Below are positions 9,047 through 19,168 of a stretch of 64,000 bases of DNA, piece after piece. This DNA comes from Pseudomonadota bacterium (GTDB lineage: Bacteria > Bdellovibrionota_C > UBA2361 > SZUA-149 > DAOLCO01). The translations under genes and the position numbers were made by a program. The stretch is taken from assembly GCA_027487795.1 (NCBI GenBank), contig JAIYCX010000037.1, positions 25,360 to 89,359 on the forward strand. The letters are read 5' to 3'. The notes beneath the pieces were generated by a model. It was not told the DNA's origin, searched no databases, and was given only the letters and a program-made list of their open reading frames with translations. How positions within the stretch are numbered: the stretch's first letter is position 1; each line of letters starts with the position of its first letter.

Positions 9047-10696
9047 ATGGGAATAACTGGACTACTTGATACTGCTAGACGTGCACTCAATACACAAAGT
9101 GTTGGGATAAGAGTTATTGGTGATAACATTGCGAATGTTAACACTGCTGGCTATACAAGAAGAAGAGCTGAGATTGTCAGTCAAATAACTTCAGGTAATG
9201 GAGATTTACAAGTCGGCGGTGGTTCTGAAATAAAAAAAGTAATAAGAATAGTAGATAAATTCCTTAACCAAGATTATGTTAGTAAACTTGGAGATAAAAC
9301 TAAAGCACAAACAAGTAGTGAATTTCTAAAAAGAGCTGAGTCATCATTTCAATTAGATGGTCAAGCTGGTAAAATTGGTTATGAACTTACTGAATTTTTT
9401 GGTTCTTTAGAAGACCTGGCATCAAACCCTGGTGATATTCCTTTAAGAACTCAAGTAATTCAAAAAGGAACAAATTTAGCTGCTACAATTAATTCTACTT
9501 ATAATAATTTAGCGACTCTGCAAAGAGAAGCTGATGATAGAATAAAAATTATAGTGGATGATGTTAATAGAATTACTAAATCTATTGCGGAAGTTAATGC
9601 TCAACTTGCTCAAAGTGAAAGAGATAATCAGGAAGCATTAACATTAAGAGATCAAAGAGATGAGTTACTAAGAAGCTTAGGAGAAAAAATTTCATTTAGA
9701 ACCGTTGATGATTCCGATGGAAGAACAACTGTATATTTACAAAATGGTTTTGCCTTAGTAAGTGGAGTTAATAACTATGAGCTTTCGACAACTCCATCTC
9801 CAAGTTTTGCACCTAGTGGAGGATATCCACAAGGTTTAGATGGAAAAAGTTTAAGTCATATAGTTTATGATTTTGGTGCTGGGAGTCAATCTGATTTAAC
9901 AAATTCAATAAGAATAGGAGGAGGAGAACTAGCAGGTCTTTTAGAAATCAGAGGAGTACAAGCAATTACAGATACTACCTCATTTGACACGAGCGGAGCT
10001 CTAGTTGAAACTGCAGCTAGAGTGGAGCACATTGCCAGAGATCTTTTAACCAGATTTAACTTAACTTATTTAGGTCCAGATGAAACTCCAGGAGGAACGT
10101 ACCAACCATCTAGCTTTGGATTAAATGGAACCCAACCAATACCGTTTGGTTTGTTTAGTTTTAATGGTGCTAATAGTGGTAATAATTTTGGAGATTCTGA
10201 CTCAGATGGTCGGCCAGAAAACTCTGATTTAAATACAATTGCGACTAGTGGTATTGCAACTAATTTTGCCAGTCGTCTAATATTTAATGTAACAAACGAA
10301 AGATCTTTAGCCTCTGCTATAGATCTGGATCCAGCTTCAGCTTCTACTACTTTTGCAGTAGGAGATTCTACTATATTAAATAATATACTAGCACAAAGAT
10401 CAACAGATATTACTTATTCCGGTCTTGGTAATTTAACAGTTACATCAAGCATAGAAGGAATGTATAGTTTAGCTGTCTCGAATATTGGTGGTCAAAGTGC
10501 TAGATCACAAGATAGCCTAAAAATCTTTACCGATAGAGAAACCCAGACTAGAGAACTACAACAAAGTTATTCAGGTGTAAATTTAGATGAAGAATTTGCT
10601 AATCTTATTAAGTTTCAAAGAGCATTTGAAGCATCTTCTAAATTAATAAAAATTGGTGATGAGCTCACTTCTCAAATCATTCAACTACTGAGATAA
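9047..10696 (+). CDS. flgK: Flagellar hook-associated protein 1
   Basis: NIANVNTAGYTRR N-terminus, LRDQRD, C-terminal SGVNLDEEFANLIKFQRAFEASSKLI. Confidence 0.95.
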   Translation: MGITGLLDTARRALNTQSVGIRVIGDNIANVNTAGYTRRRAEIVSQITSGNGDLQVGGGSEIKKVIRIVDKFLNQDYVSKLGDKTKAQTSSEFLKRAESSFQLDGQAGKIGYELTEFFGSLEDLASNPGDIPLRTQVIQKGTNLAATINSTYNNLATLQREADDRIKIIVDDVNRITKSIAEVNAQLAQSERDNQEALTLRDQRDELLRSLGEKISFRTVDDSDGRTTVYLQNGFALVSGVNNYELSTTPSPSFAPSGGYPQGLDGKSLSHIVYDFGAGSQSDLTNSIRIGGGELAGLLEIRGVQAITDTTSFDTSGALVETAARVEHIARDLLTRFNLTYLGPDETPGGTYQPSSFGLNGTQPIPFGLFSFNGANSGNNFGDSDSDGRPENSDLNTIATSGIATNFASRLIFNVTNERSLASAIDLDPASASTTFAVGDSTILNNILAQRSTDITYSGLGNLTVTSSIEGMYSLAVSNIGGQSARSQDSLKIFTDRETQTRELQQSYSGVNLDEEFANLIKFQRAFEASSKLIKIGDELTSQIIQLLR

Positions 10697-10698
10697 AA

Positions 10699-11739
10699 AT
10701 GTCAACAAGAATAAGCACTAGTCAGTACATTCAAGGTTTTATTGGTCAAGTATATGATACCAGGAATAAACTTGAGCAAGTTAGAGGTGAAATTAGTAGT
10801 GGTATAAAAGTTTCTAATCCAAGTGATGACCCAGGAAGATCAGGTACTATTGTAAATTTACAAGCTGTAAGTCAGAGAGTAGATAAACATCTTCAAAGAG
10901 TAGGAGCAGCAAAAGACTTATTACAAATTCAAGAACAAACTGTTAACTCATCAAACGATGTATTAATTAGAGCACAAGAATTAGCTGCTCAAGCAGCTAA
11001 TGGAACCTACACACCGGAAGTAAGAGCTCAAATGTCAGAAGAAATATTTCAATTAAGAGAACAATTAGTTTCCCTTGCTAATACTAAACATAATGGGGTT
11101 TATATTTACGGCGGTACAGACGATGGCGATCAACCATTTGATGCAAATAGTACTTTCTACCCTACTCCAGCTACAGGTAATCCTCTAGCTAGATTGCACT
11201 ACCAATTAGATAGTGCCGTTACCAGCCCAGGTCAGGATGACACTAGAAATGTAAGAATTAGTGATACTGAATCAATTAGAATAAATACTCCAGCTAGAGA
11301 TGTTTTCTATGATGCTATAAATGCTGTTGAGAGATTAGGTCGTGCAATGGCAGGATTTAGAACAGACCTTATAGATGCAGATAGTGATGGTGTGATAGAT
11401 GATCCTAATCCTGCTGGGACTCATCTAGCCTATACATTCCCTGGAGATACTAATCTTCAGGTACAGGCAATCAGAGATGCAATAAATTCAATAAATGCTG
11501 CAAAAAGAAGTAATATAGAAACAGAATTAAGTAGTATTGGGGCAAGAACAAATAGACTTGATCAGACTGAAAGTATATTAGCAACTTTAAAAGAAAATAC
11601 TGAAGTAGCTAGATCATCAATTCAAGATACCGATATTTTTGAAGCATCATCTAAGTTCTCTAACCTGCAAACAACACTAGAAGCACTACTTGCCTCAGGT
11701 TCTAGAATATCGTCCCTATCTCTACTAGATTATATATAA
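10699..11739 (+). CDS. flgL: Flagellar hook-associated protein 3
   Basis: ISSGIKVSNPSDDP, LANTKHNGVYIYGG, IGARTNRL, C-terminal SLLDYI; directly follows flgK. Confidence 0.93.
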   Translation: MSTRISTSQYIQGFIGQVYDTRNKLEQVRGEISSGIKVSNPSDDPGRSGTIVNLQAVSQRVDKHLQRVGAAKDLLQIQEQTVNSSNDVLIRAQELAAQAANGTYTPEVRAQMSEEIFQLREQLVSLANTKHNGVYIYGGTDDGDQPFDANSTFYPTPATGNPLARLHYQLDSAVTSPGQDDTRNVRISDTESIRINTPARDVFYDAINAVERLGRAMAGFRTDLIDADSDGVIDDPNPAGTHLAYTFPGDTNLQVQAIRDAINSINAAKRSNIETELSSIGARTNRLDQTESILATLKENTEVARSSIQDTDIFEASSKFSNLQTTLEALLASGSRISSLSLLDYI

Positions 11740-11760
11740 TCTTAACTAATAGTAAGAAAA

Positions 11761-13233
11761 TTATCTAAAGGCTAGCTCTGCGGCTAAGTATAATGGCCTA
11801 TTATATAAACCAAAGACAATAATTAAAAGAGTACAAAGAATTACAACAAATTTCGGAATAGACATTTGAACTTGTTGTTTAATCATCTCTTCTGATCCTA
11901 ATTCACTTTTGGCAGAGGCATTTTCGTCTTTAGTAAAATACATTTGCACTATTATATTTAAATAATAATAGAGAGAGATCACAGAGTTTATAGCAGCTAC
12001 TATTGCTAGACCTGTATAACCGGCTTCATGAGCAACTGTGAATAAAAAGAATTTCCCAATAAATCCTATTAAAGGAGGCATACCAGATAATGCTATAAGC
12101 ACTATCGTTAGTAAGAGGGCATATAAAGGCTTCTTCTCACCCAAGCCTCTATATGAGGCAATAGAGTCCATATCATACTGTTCTTTAGTATTGTTAGATA
12201 TGAGAGAAACTAAACCAAAAGAAGCTATGGACATGAAAGAATAAGCTAATAGATAGTATGTGGCAGCTTCTCCTCCTCCATTTTGACCTAATGCCAAGAA
12301 ACCAATAAAAACATATCCAGCATGCGCAATACTAGAATATGCCAACATTCTCTTTATACTTTTTTGCTGTATTGCTAATACATTTCCAACAGTCATACTA
12401 AGAACTGCAAGCAACCAACCTACTTTTGACCATGACTCAAATAATATTGGGTCTGAGAAACAATAAGAAAATAATCTTAAAAAAGCTCCAAATGCAGCAA
12501 GTTTGACTACAACAGCCATGAAAGCAGTAACAGAAGTCGGTGCTCCTTGATAAACGTCCGGAGTCCAAACATGGAATGGAACAAGAGAAACTTTGAATGA
12601 AAATCCAAACATTATAAGTAAAACACCAAGGATAATTAATTGCGATCTGATACTAGGTATAACAGCAGCAATTTCTGCATAAGAAATAAAGCCTGTTGCT
12701 CCGTATATAAGAGCTAAACCATATAACAAGAAAGCAGAACTAAACGAACCCATTATAAAATACTTCATAGCAGATTCAGACGAAGCTTTCTGTTTCAAAG
12801 CAGAACCACTTAATGCATAAACTGATAATGACAATAATTCAAAACCAACAAATAAAGTTATAAAATTAGCCGCAGAGACTAAAAGTAAAGCTCCAGCGGT
12901 TGAAAATAAAAACAGTGAGTCTGTTTCAGCCCCAGATGTCACTCCCTCTCCTTTTAAAGCTTTAAAACTTATTAAATATGTAAATAAACCTGCCAAAGAT
13001 ATAGCCGCAAAATATATCATTGTAAGTGAATCAGAAAACAAAGACCCGCTAAATACTACATCATTGAAGTCACCTAGTCTAAATGAGGTAAGTAAACATA
13101 ATACAAATGTACAGATAACAACAAAGTTTCTGATCAGTGACGAGAATCCTAGTACCTCTAGTAATAAAACCAGACATGCACCAGTTGCAGTTATAATTAG
13201 TGGTGACGCGGCAGCAAGCTCAGCTGGGCTCAT
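11761..13233 (-). CDS. nuoN: NADH-quinone oxidoreductase subunit N
   Basis: ESAMKYFIMGS, FKVSLVPFHVWTPDVYQGAP, KRMLAYSSIAHAGY. Confidence 0.95.
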   Translation of the reverse strand: MSPAELAAASPLIITATGACLVLLLEVLGFSSLIRNFVVICTFVLCLLTSFRLGDFNDVVFSGSLFSDSLTMIYFAAISLAGLFTYLISFKALKGEGVTSGAETDSLFLFSTAGALLLVSAANFITLFVGFELLSLSVYALSGSALKQKASSESAMKYFIMGSFSSAFLLYGLALIYGATGFISYAEIAAVIPSIRSQLIILGVLLIMFGFSFKVSLVPFHVWTPDVYQGAPTSVTAFMAVVVKLAAFGAFLRLFSYCFSDPILFESWSKVGWLLAVLSMTVGNVLAIQQKSIKRMLAYSSIAHAGYVFIGFLALGQNGGGEAATYYLLAYSFMSIASFGLVSLISNNTKEQYDMDSIASYRGLGEKKPLYALLLTIVLIALSGMPPLIGFIGKFFLFTVAHEAGYTGLAIVAAINSVISLYYYLNIIVQMYFTKDENASAKSELGSEEMIKQQVQMSIPKFVVILCTLLIIVFGLYNRPLYLAAELAFR

Positions 13234-14876
13234 ATATTTGAAACCTCTATATTTTTATCAATAGTATTATTAAGGACTTTGTTACTTGGTGGTAAATTAC
13301 TTTTTAACTTACTAACTTTATTTAAAATCTCAGGTTGATCAACTCTTACATTTTGAATTTGTTCAAGTGAAAAATTAGTAGTCTGTTCCAAATCTTTTAG
13401 TATGTAATTAGGATAAAGACCTATAAAAAATACTAAAATAAGTAAGGGAAAAAAAACAAAAATTTCTCTTAAACTCAGATCCGTTAATCCATGAATACTG
13501 GTATCATATTTACCAAAAACAACTCTTCTGTATAAAGATATCATATAAAGTGCCCCAAGAACGACCCCTGCCACAGCCCCTGTTGTACATATCACTGTTA
13601 GAACTAAACTGTGTATTTGACCACCATGTAAAAAGAATATCCCTTTAAATGTACCTAATAAAATTAGGAACTCTCCTACAAAACCATTTGTTAATGGTAA
13701 ACCTATTGAACTCAACATGAAAATCATAAAAACAGTTGCAAACAAAGGAACTTTAGCAGCTAAGCCAGAATATGCAGAAATCTCTCTTGTATGAGTACGA
13801 TCATAGAGCACACCGACTAAAAAGAATAAAGCAGCAGTTGATACACCATGGTTTATTAACTGTAATAGTGCTCCTTGAAAGGCTTCAACGTTAAGCATTG
13901 AAAAACCTAAGACACAGAATCCCATGTGACTAACTGATGAATAAGCAACTAACTTTTTCATATCAGTTTGCACCCATGCTACTAATGCACCAAAGATGAT
14001 TCCTACTACTCCAAGTATAGCTAGAACAGGAGCTGCATAAAGAGTTGCGTTTGGAAATAAAACAATTCCAAACCTAACCAGACCAAAGATTCCCATCTTA
14101 AGTAAAACTCCAGCTAAAATCACAGAGCCTCCTGTTGGAGCTTCTACGTGAGCATCTGGTAGCCATGTATGGAAAGGAAAGACTGGTACTTTTATTAGAA
14201 AAGCTATCGCAAAAGCGAGGAATAATAAAAGCTCCTCGTTGAAACTTAAGCTTGTCATACTTAAATCATTCAAGAAGAAACTCATGCTTCCAACTTGGCT
14301 AGCATATTTAAATTCTAAATATGATATAGCTACTAGCATCAGTAAACTTCCAAAAGCTGTATAAATAACGAATTTTAGAGCTGCATAAACTCTATTTTTA
14401 CCACCCCAAATTCCTATTAAAAAATACATAGGAATTAGCATTAATTCCCAAAATACATAGAAAGCTAAGACATCAAGAGAGACAAATGTACCCAACATCC
14501 CAACTTCTAAAAATAGTAGATTACATAAATAACCTCTAAGCTTTTCACTGACGCTAGAGTATGAAACTGAGACTAAAAAAGTTAGAAATGTAGTTAATAA
14601 AATTAACCAAACACTAAGTCCATCAACACCTAGAATAAATTTAAGTCCTATGCTAGGGAACCAGTCAAATGATTCTGCCAACTGAAAAGTATTGATGTTC
14701 TTATCAAAAGATAAAAAAACTTTTAAAGAAATGATAAAAGAAATAAATGAGCTAGCACTAGCAATAAGGCCAGCTTGTTTATTTGATACCTTGAGTAAGA
14801 TCAACGGAATAATACCCAAAAGTGGAGAAAAGACCAGAAGACTTAATAAATTTGAGGAACTAAAAGTAAGATCCAT
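13230..14876 (-). CDS. nuoM: NADH-quinone oxidoreductase subunit M
   Basis: FYVFWELMLIPMYFLIGIWG, PFHTWLPDAHVEAPTGGSVILAG. Confidence 0.96.
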   Translation of the reverse strand: MDLTFSSSNLLSLLVFSPLLGIIPLILLKVSNKQAGLIASASSFISFIISLKVFLSFDKNINTFQLAESFDWFPSIGLKFILGVDGLSVWLILLTTFLTFLVSVSYSSVSEKLRGYLCNLLFLEVGMLGTFVSLDVLAFYVFWELMLIPMYFLIGIWGGKNRVYAALKFVIYTAFGSLLMLVAISYLEFKYASQVGSMSFFLNDLSMTSLSFNEELLLFLAFAIAFLIKVPVFPFHTWLPDAHVEAPTGGSVILAGVLLKMGIFGLVRFGIVLFPNATLYAAPVLAILGVVGIIFGALVAWVQTDMKKLVAYSSVSHMGFCVLGFSMLNVEAFQGALLQLINHGVSTAALFFLVGVLYDRTHTREISAYSGLAAKVPLFATVFMIFMLSSIGLPLTNGFVGEFLILLGTFKGIFFLHGGQIHSLVLTVICTTGAVAGVVLGALYMISLYRRVVFGKYDTSIHGLTDLSLREIFVFFPLLILVFFIGLYPNYILKDLEQTTNFSLEQIQNVRVDQPEILNKVSKLKSNLPPSNKVLNNTIDKNIEVSNI

Positions 14877-16984
14877 TAGAGTATTACCCAGAATAAAATA
14901 ATAAAAACAAAAAGTGAAAACATTAAGCTAAGAGACGACTTCATTGTTCCGCTATGAATTTTCTTTAAAGTCGTTCCAGCAACATCAACAACAACGCTAC
15001 TACCAGTTACTAATAACCCATCAATTAGAATTCTATCAAAAAGTATAAAGAATACCCGCGAAATTCCTCGAAGTGGTAAAACTATTACCAGGTTATAAAG
15101 CTCATCAACATACCATTTCCCAAGTAGTAGCTTATAAATTGGTGAAAGTAAGCTTGAAATTTTAGCAGGTAATCCTTTAGCAAAGGTATATATTAGACCA
15201 GATAGCCCAGCGCTTATTAAAGCTACCCACATAGAGATAGTTTCTAACTGATGATATGTATGATTTTCAAGTAGTGCATGATGACCACCTAAGAAATCAC
15301 TTCGTGTCCAATGTGCTAAATAAGTTAGTAATGTATCACCATATAAAAAGGAAAAAATTAAGGAAGGAACTGAAAGTACTAATAATGGGAAAACCATATT
15401 AAAAGATGTTTCGTGTGGAGTTCCATGACCTCTATAGGTTCCAAAAAAAGTTAAGAATAAAGATCTGGTCATATAAAAAGCTGTTAGAGCCGCTGTAAGT
15501 ATACCTACTCCCCAAAGAGCTTGATTTAGAAAAATACCATTAGATACTTCTATGGTTGAAGCTAAACCAGTACTTGAATAAGTAGCCCATAACACTGAAT
15601 CCTTCGAGAAGAATCCAGAACCGTAAGGTAATCCAGAGATAGCATATGTTCCTGCAATATATGAAATTCCCGTAAACTTCATATATTTAAAAAGTCCACC
15701 AAATTTTCTCATATCTTGCTCATGGTGACAGCCTACGATAACAGAACCAGCTGCCATGAATAGTAAAGCTTTAAAAAAGGCGTGAGTTACAACATGATAT
15801 AAGCCGACACTATATGCCCCTGCCCCAATTGCCATGAACATAAATCCAAGCTGACTAACAGTGGAATAAGCTAGAACTTTTTTAATATCATTTTGTACTA
15901 AAGCTATAGTGGCAGCTATAAACGCGGTTAAAGTCCCTATTATAGAAACTAAAAGCAACGCATGAGGAGCGGCTGAAAATAAGCCTGCTAACCTAGCGAC
16001 CATATAAACTCCTGAAGTAACCATAGTCGCAGCGTGTATTAATGCGGAAACTGGAGTCGGTCCGGCCATTGCATCAGGTAACCAAATATATAGAGGAATT
16101 TGAGCGCTTTTACCTGCTGCTCCAATTAAAAGTAAGATCGCTGCGACCTCAATTGCAAGAGCTGGCATATTATGAACTTTAGCTAAAATATCACTAGGAG
16201 ATAAAGAGCCAGTGTAATAAAAAAGTGTGAACATGCCTAATAAGAAACCTGCATCACCTATTCTATTTACGATAAAAGCTTTTTGACCAGCTTTTGCATT
16301 ATCCATTTCTTTAAACCAGAAACCTATTAACAGGTAAGAACAAAGTCCTACACCTTCCCAACCCACAAATGTTAATAATAGATTATCTCCAAGCACTAGT
16401 ATTAGCATCGCACTAAGAAAGAGATTTAAATAAGCAAAAAATCTTGGTTGATGAGGATCCTCTGCCATATAACCTGAGGCATATAAATGGATTAAGGAAC
16501 CTATTCCAGTAATGACCAAACACATAACAGCTGAAAGATGATCGAAGCGAAATTTAAAATCTACATTTAAATCACCAGCATCGATCCAGCTCCAAGCTGA
16601 AGCGACTATAGAATCAGAAACTCCGCTACCTAAAGCAGTAAACAATAAAAGAGTTAGTACGAAAGATAGACTAGAAGCTGTAGTAGCTACAATAGCAGAC
16701 AATGACATACCGGATTTATAAGAATCATGAGAACCGTGATGGGCATGACTATCATGTGAAGAACCATGATCATGATCTGAATGATGATCATCCTCAACTT
16801 TTGGCTTCCCCCCAACTAGATAAGATAGAAGAGCTCCTACTAAGGGAATCAAAGGTAAAAATAAAAGCCTAGAATCTACTAAAGGAGAATTAGAAATTTC
16901 TCCTACTGGTAGTACGACTTCACTTTGTGTCAAACTTGAGCTTAGAGGTAAGCTTAAAATGAGGTCTTTAAATATTGAAAACAT
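14876..16984 (-). CDS. nuoL: NADH-quinone oxidoreductase subunit L
   Basis: GWEGVGLCSYLLIGFW, GKSAQIPLYIWLPDAMAGPTPVSALIHAATMV. Confidence 0.96.
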   Translation of the reverse strand: MFSIFKDLILSLPLSSSLTQSEVVLPVGEISNSPLVDSRLLFLPLIPLVGALLSYLVGGKPKVEDDHHSDHDHGSSHDSHAHHGSHDSYKSGMSLSAIVATTASSLSFVLTLLLFTALGSGVSDSIVASAWSWIDAGDLNVDFKFRFDHLSAVMCLVITGIGSLIHLYASGYMAEDPHQPRFFAYLNLFLSAMLILVLGDNLLLTFVGWEGVGLCSYLLIGFWFKEMDNAKAGQKAFIVNRIGDAGFLLGMFTLFYYTGSLSPSDILAKVHNMPALAIEVAAILLLIGAAGKSAQIPLYIWLPDAMAGPTPVSALIHAATMVTSGVYMVARLAGLFSAAPHALLLVSIIGTLTAFIAATIALVQNDIKKVLAYSTVSQLGFMFMAIGAGAYSVGLYHVVTHAFFKALLFMAAGSVIVGCHHEQDMRKFGGLFKYMKFTGISYIAGTYAISGLPYGSGFFSKDSVLWATYSSTGLASTIEVSNGIFLNQALWGVGILTAALTAFYMTRSLFLTFFGTYRGHGTPHETSFNMVFPLLVLSVPSLIFSFLYGDTLLTYLAHWTRSDFLGGHHALLENHTYHQLETISMWVALISAGLSGLIYTFAKGLPAKISSLLSPIYKLLLGKWYVDELYNLVIVLPLRGISRVFFILFDRILIDGLLVTGSSVVVDVAGTTLKKIHSGTMKSSLSLMFSLFVFIILFWVIL

Positions 16985-17016
16985 ACTTTATATCTTTAAA
17001 CTAATTAATTAAAAAA

Positions 17017-17325
17017 CTACCCTGCTAGCTCTGCAACTTCGTCTGACTCTACAGTCAGAAAATTTCTAAATACTGATAAAATTATTGCTAATCCTACCGC
17101 AGCTTCTGCAGCTGCAACTGCCATAACAAAGAATACAAATATTTGCCCATTAATATTATTTAAGTAAACTGAGAAAGTTACTAAAGTTAAATTTACTGCA
17201 TTCAACATTAACTCAATACACATAAATATAACTATAGTATTTTTTCTAGTTAGAACTCCTGCAACTCCTATACAAAACAATATTGCAGAAATTAAGAGAT
17301 TAAAATGTAGACCAAGTTCGTTCAT
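17017..17325 (-). CDS. nuoK: NADH-quinone oxidoreductase subunit K
   Basis: [21 protein letters not shown]. Confidence 0.96.
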   Translation of the reverse strand: MNELGLHFNLLISAILFCIGVAGVLTRKNTIVIFMCIELMLNAVNLTLVTFSVYLNNINGQIFVFFVMAVAAAEAAVGLAIILSVFRNFLTVESDEVAELAG

Positions 17326-17337
17326 AGTTAATTTTTT

Positions 17338-18003
17338 TTAATTTGTTGATGATCCATGCTTTTCTTTCATAGCTTTGAGTCCTCTGCCAGGCAACAAAGG
17401 TGCTTTCTTTGTCTGAGCTAGGAACGCAGCTCCAACAATTGAGGCCAATAATAGTATACCAATTGCTTGAAATGAAACTACTTGATCGACTAAAATAGAG
17501 TTACCTATAGATTTAGGTGTAACAACTAAATCAGGAACTAAAACAGGGTTTGATGAAGTACCCGTAACAAAATTATTAATTGGTTCAGTTGTACTCTCTA
17601 ATTGATCAAGGTAACTGCCTTCAACAATTGATTTGGCAGAAGTTATTATTCCGTCTCTGAAACCAAAAAACAAGATGCCAAAAAAGAGGAAGACAAAAGA
17701 AATACTGAAATATGAAGGCACTGAAAAACTAAGTTTTTCAGCATCTTTCTCAACTCCCAATAGCATTATCACAAATACAAATAGTATCATAATAGCACCG
17801 GCATATAACATAACTTGCAACGTCGCGATAAAATCTGCTCTCATCAGAGCAAATTGACCTGCTATTAAAAACATTGTTGCGACCAGACACAATGCACTAT
17901 TCAAACTTTTTCTTGATAAAACAACACCTAGACCGGAAACTAGTGAAAGCCCACCTAGTATAAACATAAAGATATTGAGAATTGACAGAGATTCAGTATT
18001 CAT
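17338..18003 (-). CDS. nuoJ: NADH-quinone oxidoreductase subunit J
   Basis: QVMLYAGAIMILFVFVIMLL motif and operon position. Confidence 0.93.
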   Translation of the reverse strand: MNTESLSILNIFMFILGGLSLVSGLGVVLSRKSLNSALCLVATMFLIAGQFALMRADFIATLQVMLYAGAIMILFVFVIMLLGVEKDAEKLSFSVPSYFSISFVFLFFGILFFGFRDGIITSAKSIVEGSYLDQLESTTEPINNFVTGTSSNPVLVPDLVVTPKSIGNSILVDQVVSFQAIGILLLASIVGAAFLAQTKKAPLLPGRGLKAMKEKHGSSTN

Positions 18004-18006
18004 TAT

Positions 18007-19155
18007 TTAGTTTCCTCCTGATGTTGCTACGAAATAACAGGTAACAACAACATTAACCAGAGCGATAGGTAGCATAATTTTCCAGCAAAGATTAATTAAT
18101 TGATCATATCTGAACCTTGGTAAAGTCCAACGAATTATGACCTGTAGAATACAAAATAACAAAACTTTCACTGCGAAAACATGCATCGCGATGATAGGCC
18201 CAATGTATGGATCTAATACACCAAAGTTAATATTAAAAAAGCGACTCAAAGCAGTATTAGCTAAGTCAGGTTGTATCGTAGCTAAATCTAAATATGGAAG
18301 CTGCCAACCACCAAAGAAAAGTACTACAACTAATGTAGCAGCGACAACGATTTCAGCAAATTCCCCAAGCCAAAAAAGTAAAAACTTCATTCCTGAGTAT
18401 TCCGTGAAATAACCAGCTACAAGCTCAGATTCACTTTCAGGTAAATCAAAAGGAGCTCTCTTTGTTTCAGCCATTGCAGAAACAAAGAAAATAACAAATG
18501 CTATTATATTAAGTGGAAAAAAAGCAAAGATTCCCCAATTTGGTAAAAATCCGTATACTAAGCCGCTTTGCAAATTAACGATTTCATTTAAATCAAGAGT
18601 ACCATAAATTGCAATAAGTCCTATGATACTTAGACCAAAAGTAATTTCATAAGATATCATCTGAGCAGATGCTCTTAGACTTCCAAATAATGAAAACTTA
18701 TTTTTTGATACCCAACCAGCTAGAACTGTTCCGTATACTGCTAGTGAACCCATCGCAAAAACATAGAGTATTCCAACATTCAAATTTACTAACTGTAAAG
18801 TTACCGTTCTTGATTCCAAAATGATTGGTGGACCAAAAGGAACGACCGCTAAAGATATTAATATTGGGAAAACTCCCATAAAAGGAGCTAAGCTGTGCAT
18901 GAACTGACTAACTCCCCTCGGAACAAAGTCTTCCTTAAAAAGAGCTTTCACAGGATCAGCTACTAATGTATTAAAAATACCCGCTAAATCAAAACCAAGT
19001 ATGCTAGCTCTATTAGCACCAATTCTATTTTGAATTAATGCTGAGGCCTTTCTTTCTATCCATGTATTTAAAGCTGCTAGCTTTAAAGTTGCAGCCATTA
19101 CAAAAATAGCTTTTGCTAAAACTATTAGGATATCTACTATTGAAATACTATTCAT
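18007..19155 (-). CDS. nuoH: NADH-quinone oxidoreductase subunit H
   Basis: ERKASALIQNRIG, LRASAQMISYE, RAPFDLPESESELVAGYFTEYSG, PRFRYDQL. Confidence 0.96.
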   Translation of the reverse strand: MNSISIVDILIVLAKAIFVMAATLKLAALNTWIERKASALIQNRIGANRASILGFDLAGIFNTLVADPVKALFKEDFVPRGVSQFMHSLAPFMGVFPILISLAVVPFGPPIILESRTVTLQLVNLNVGILYVFAMGSLAVYGTVLAGWVSKNKFSLFGSLRASAQMISYEITFGLSIIGLIAIYGTLDLNEIVNLQSGLVYGFLPNWGIFAFFPLNIIAFVIFFVSAMAETKRAPFDLPESESELVAGYFTEYSGMKFLLFWLGEFAEIVVAATLVVVLFFGGWQLPYLDLATIQPDLANTALSRFFNINFGVLDPYIGPIIAMHVFAVKVLLFCILQVIIRWTLPRFRYDQLINLCWKIMLPIALVNVVVTCYFVATSGGN

Positions 19156-19168
19156 CTAATTAATACCT

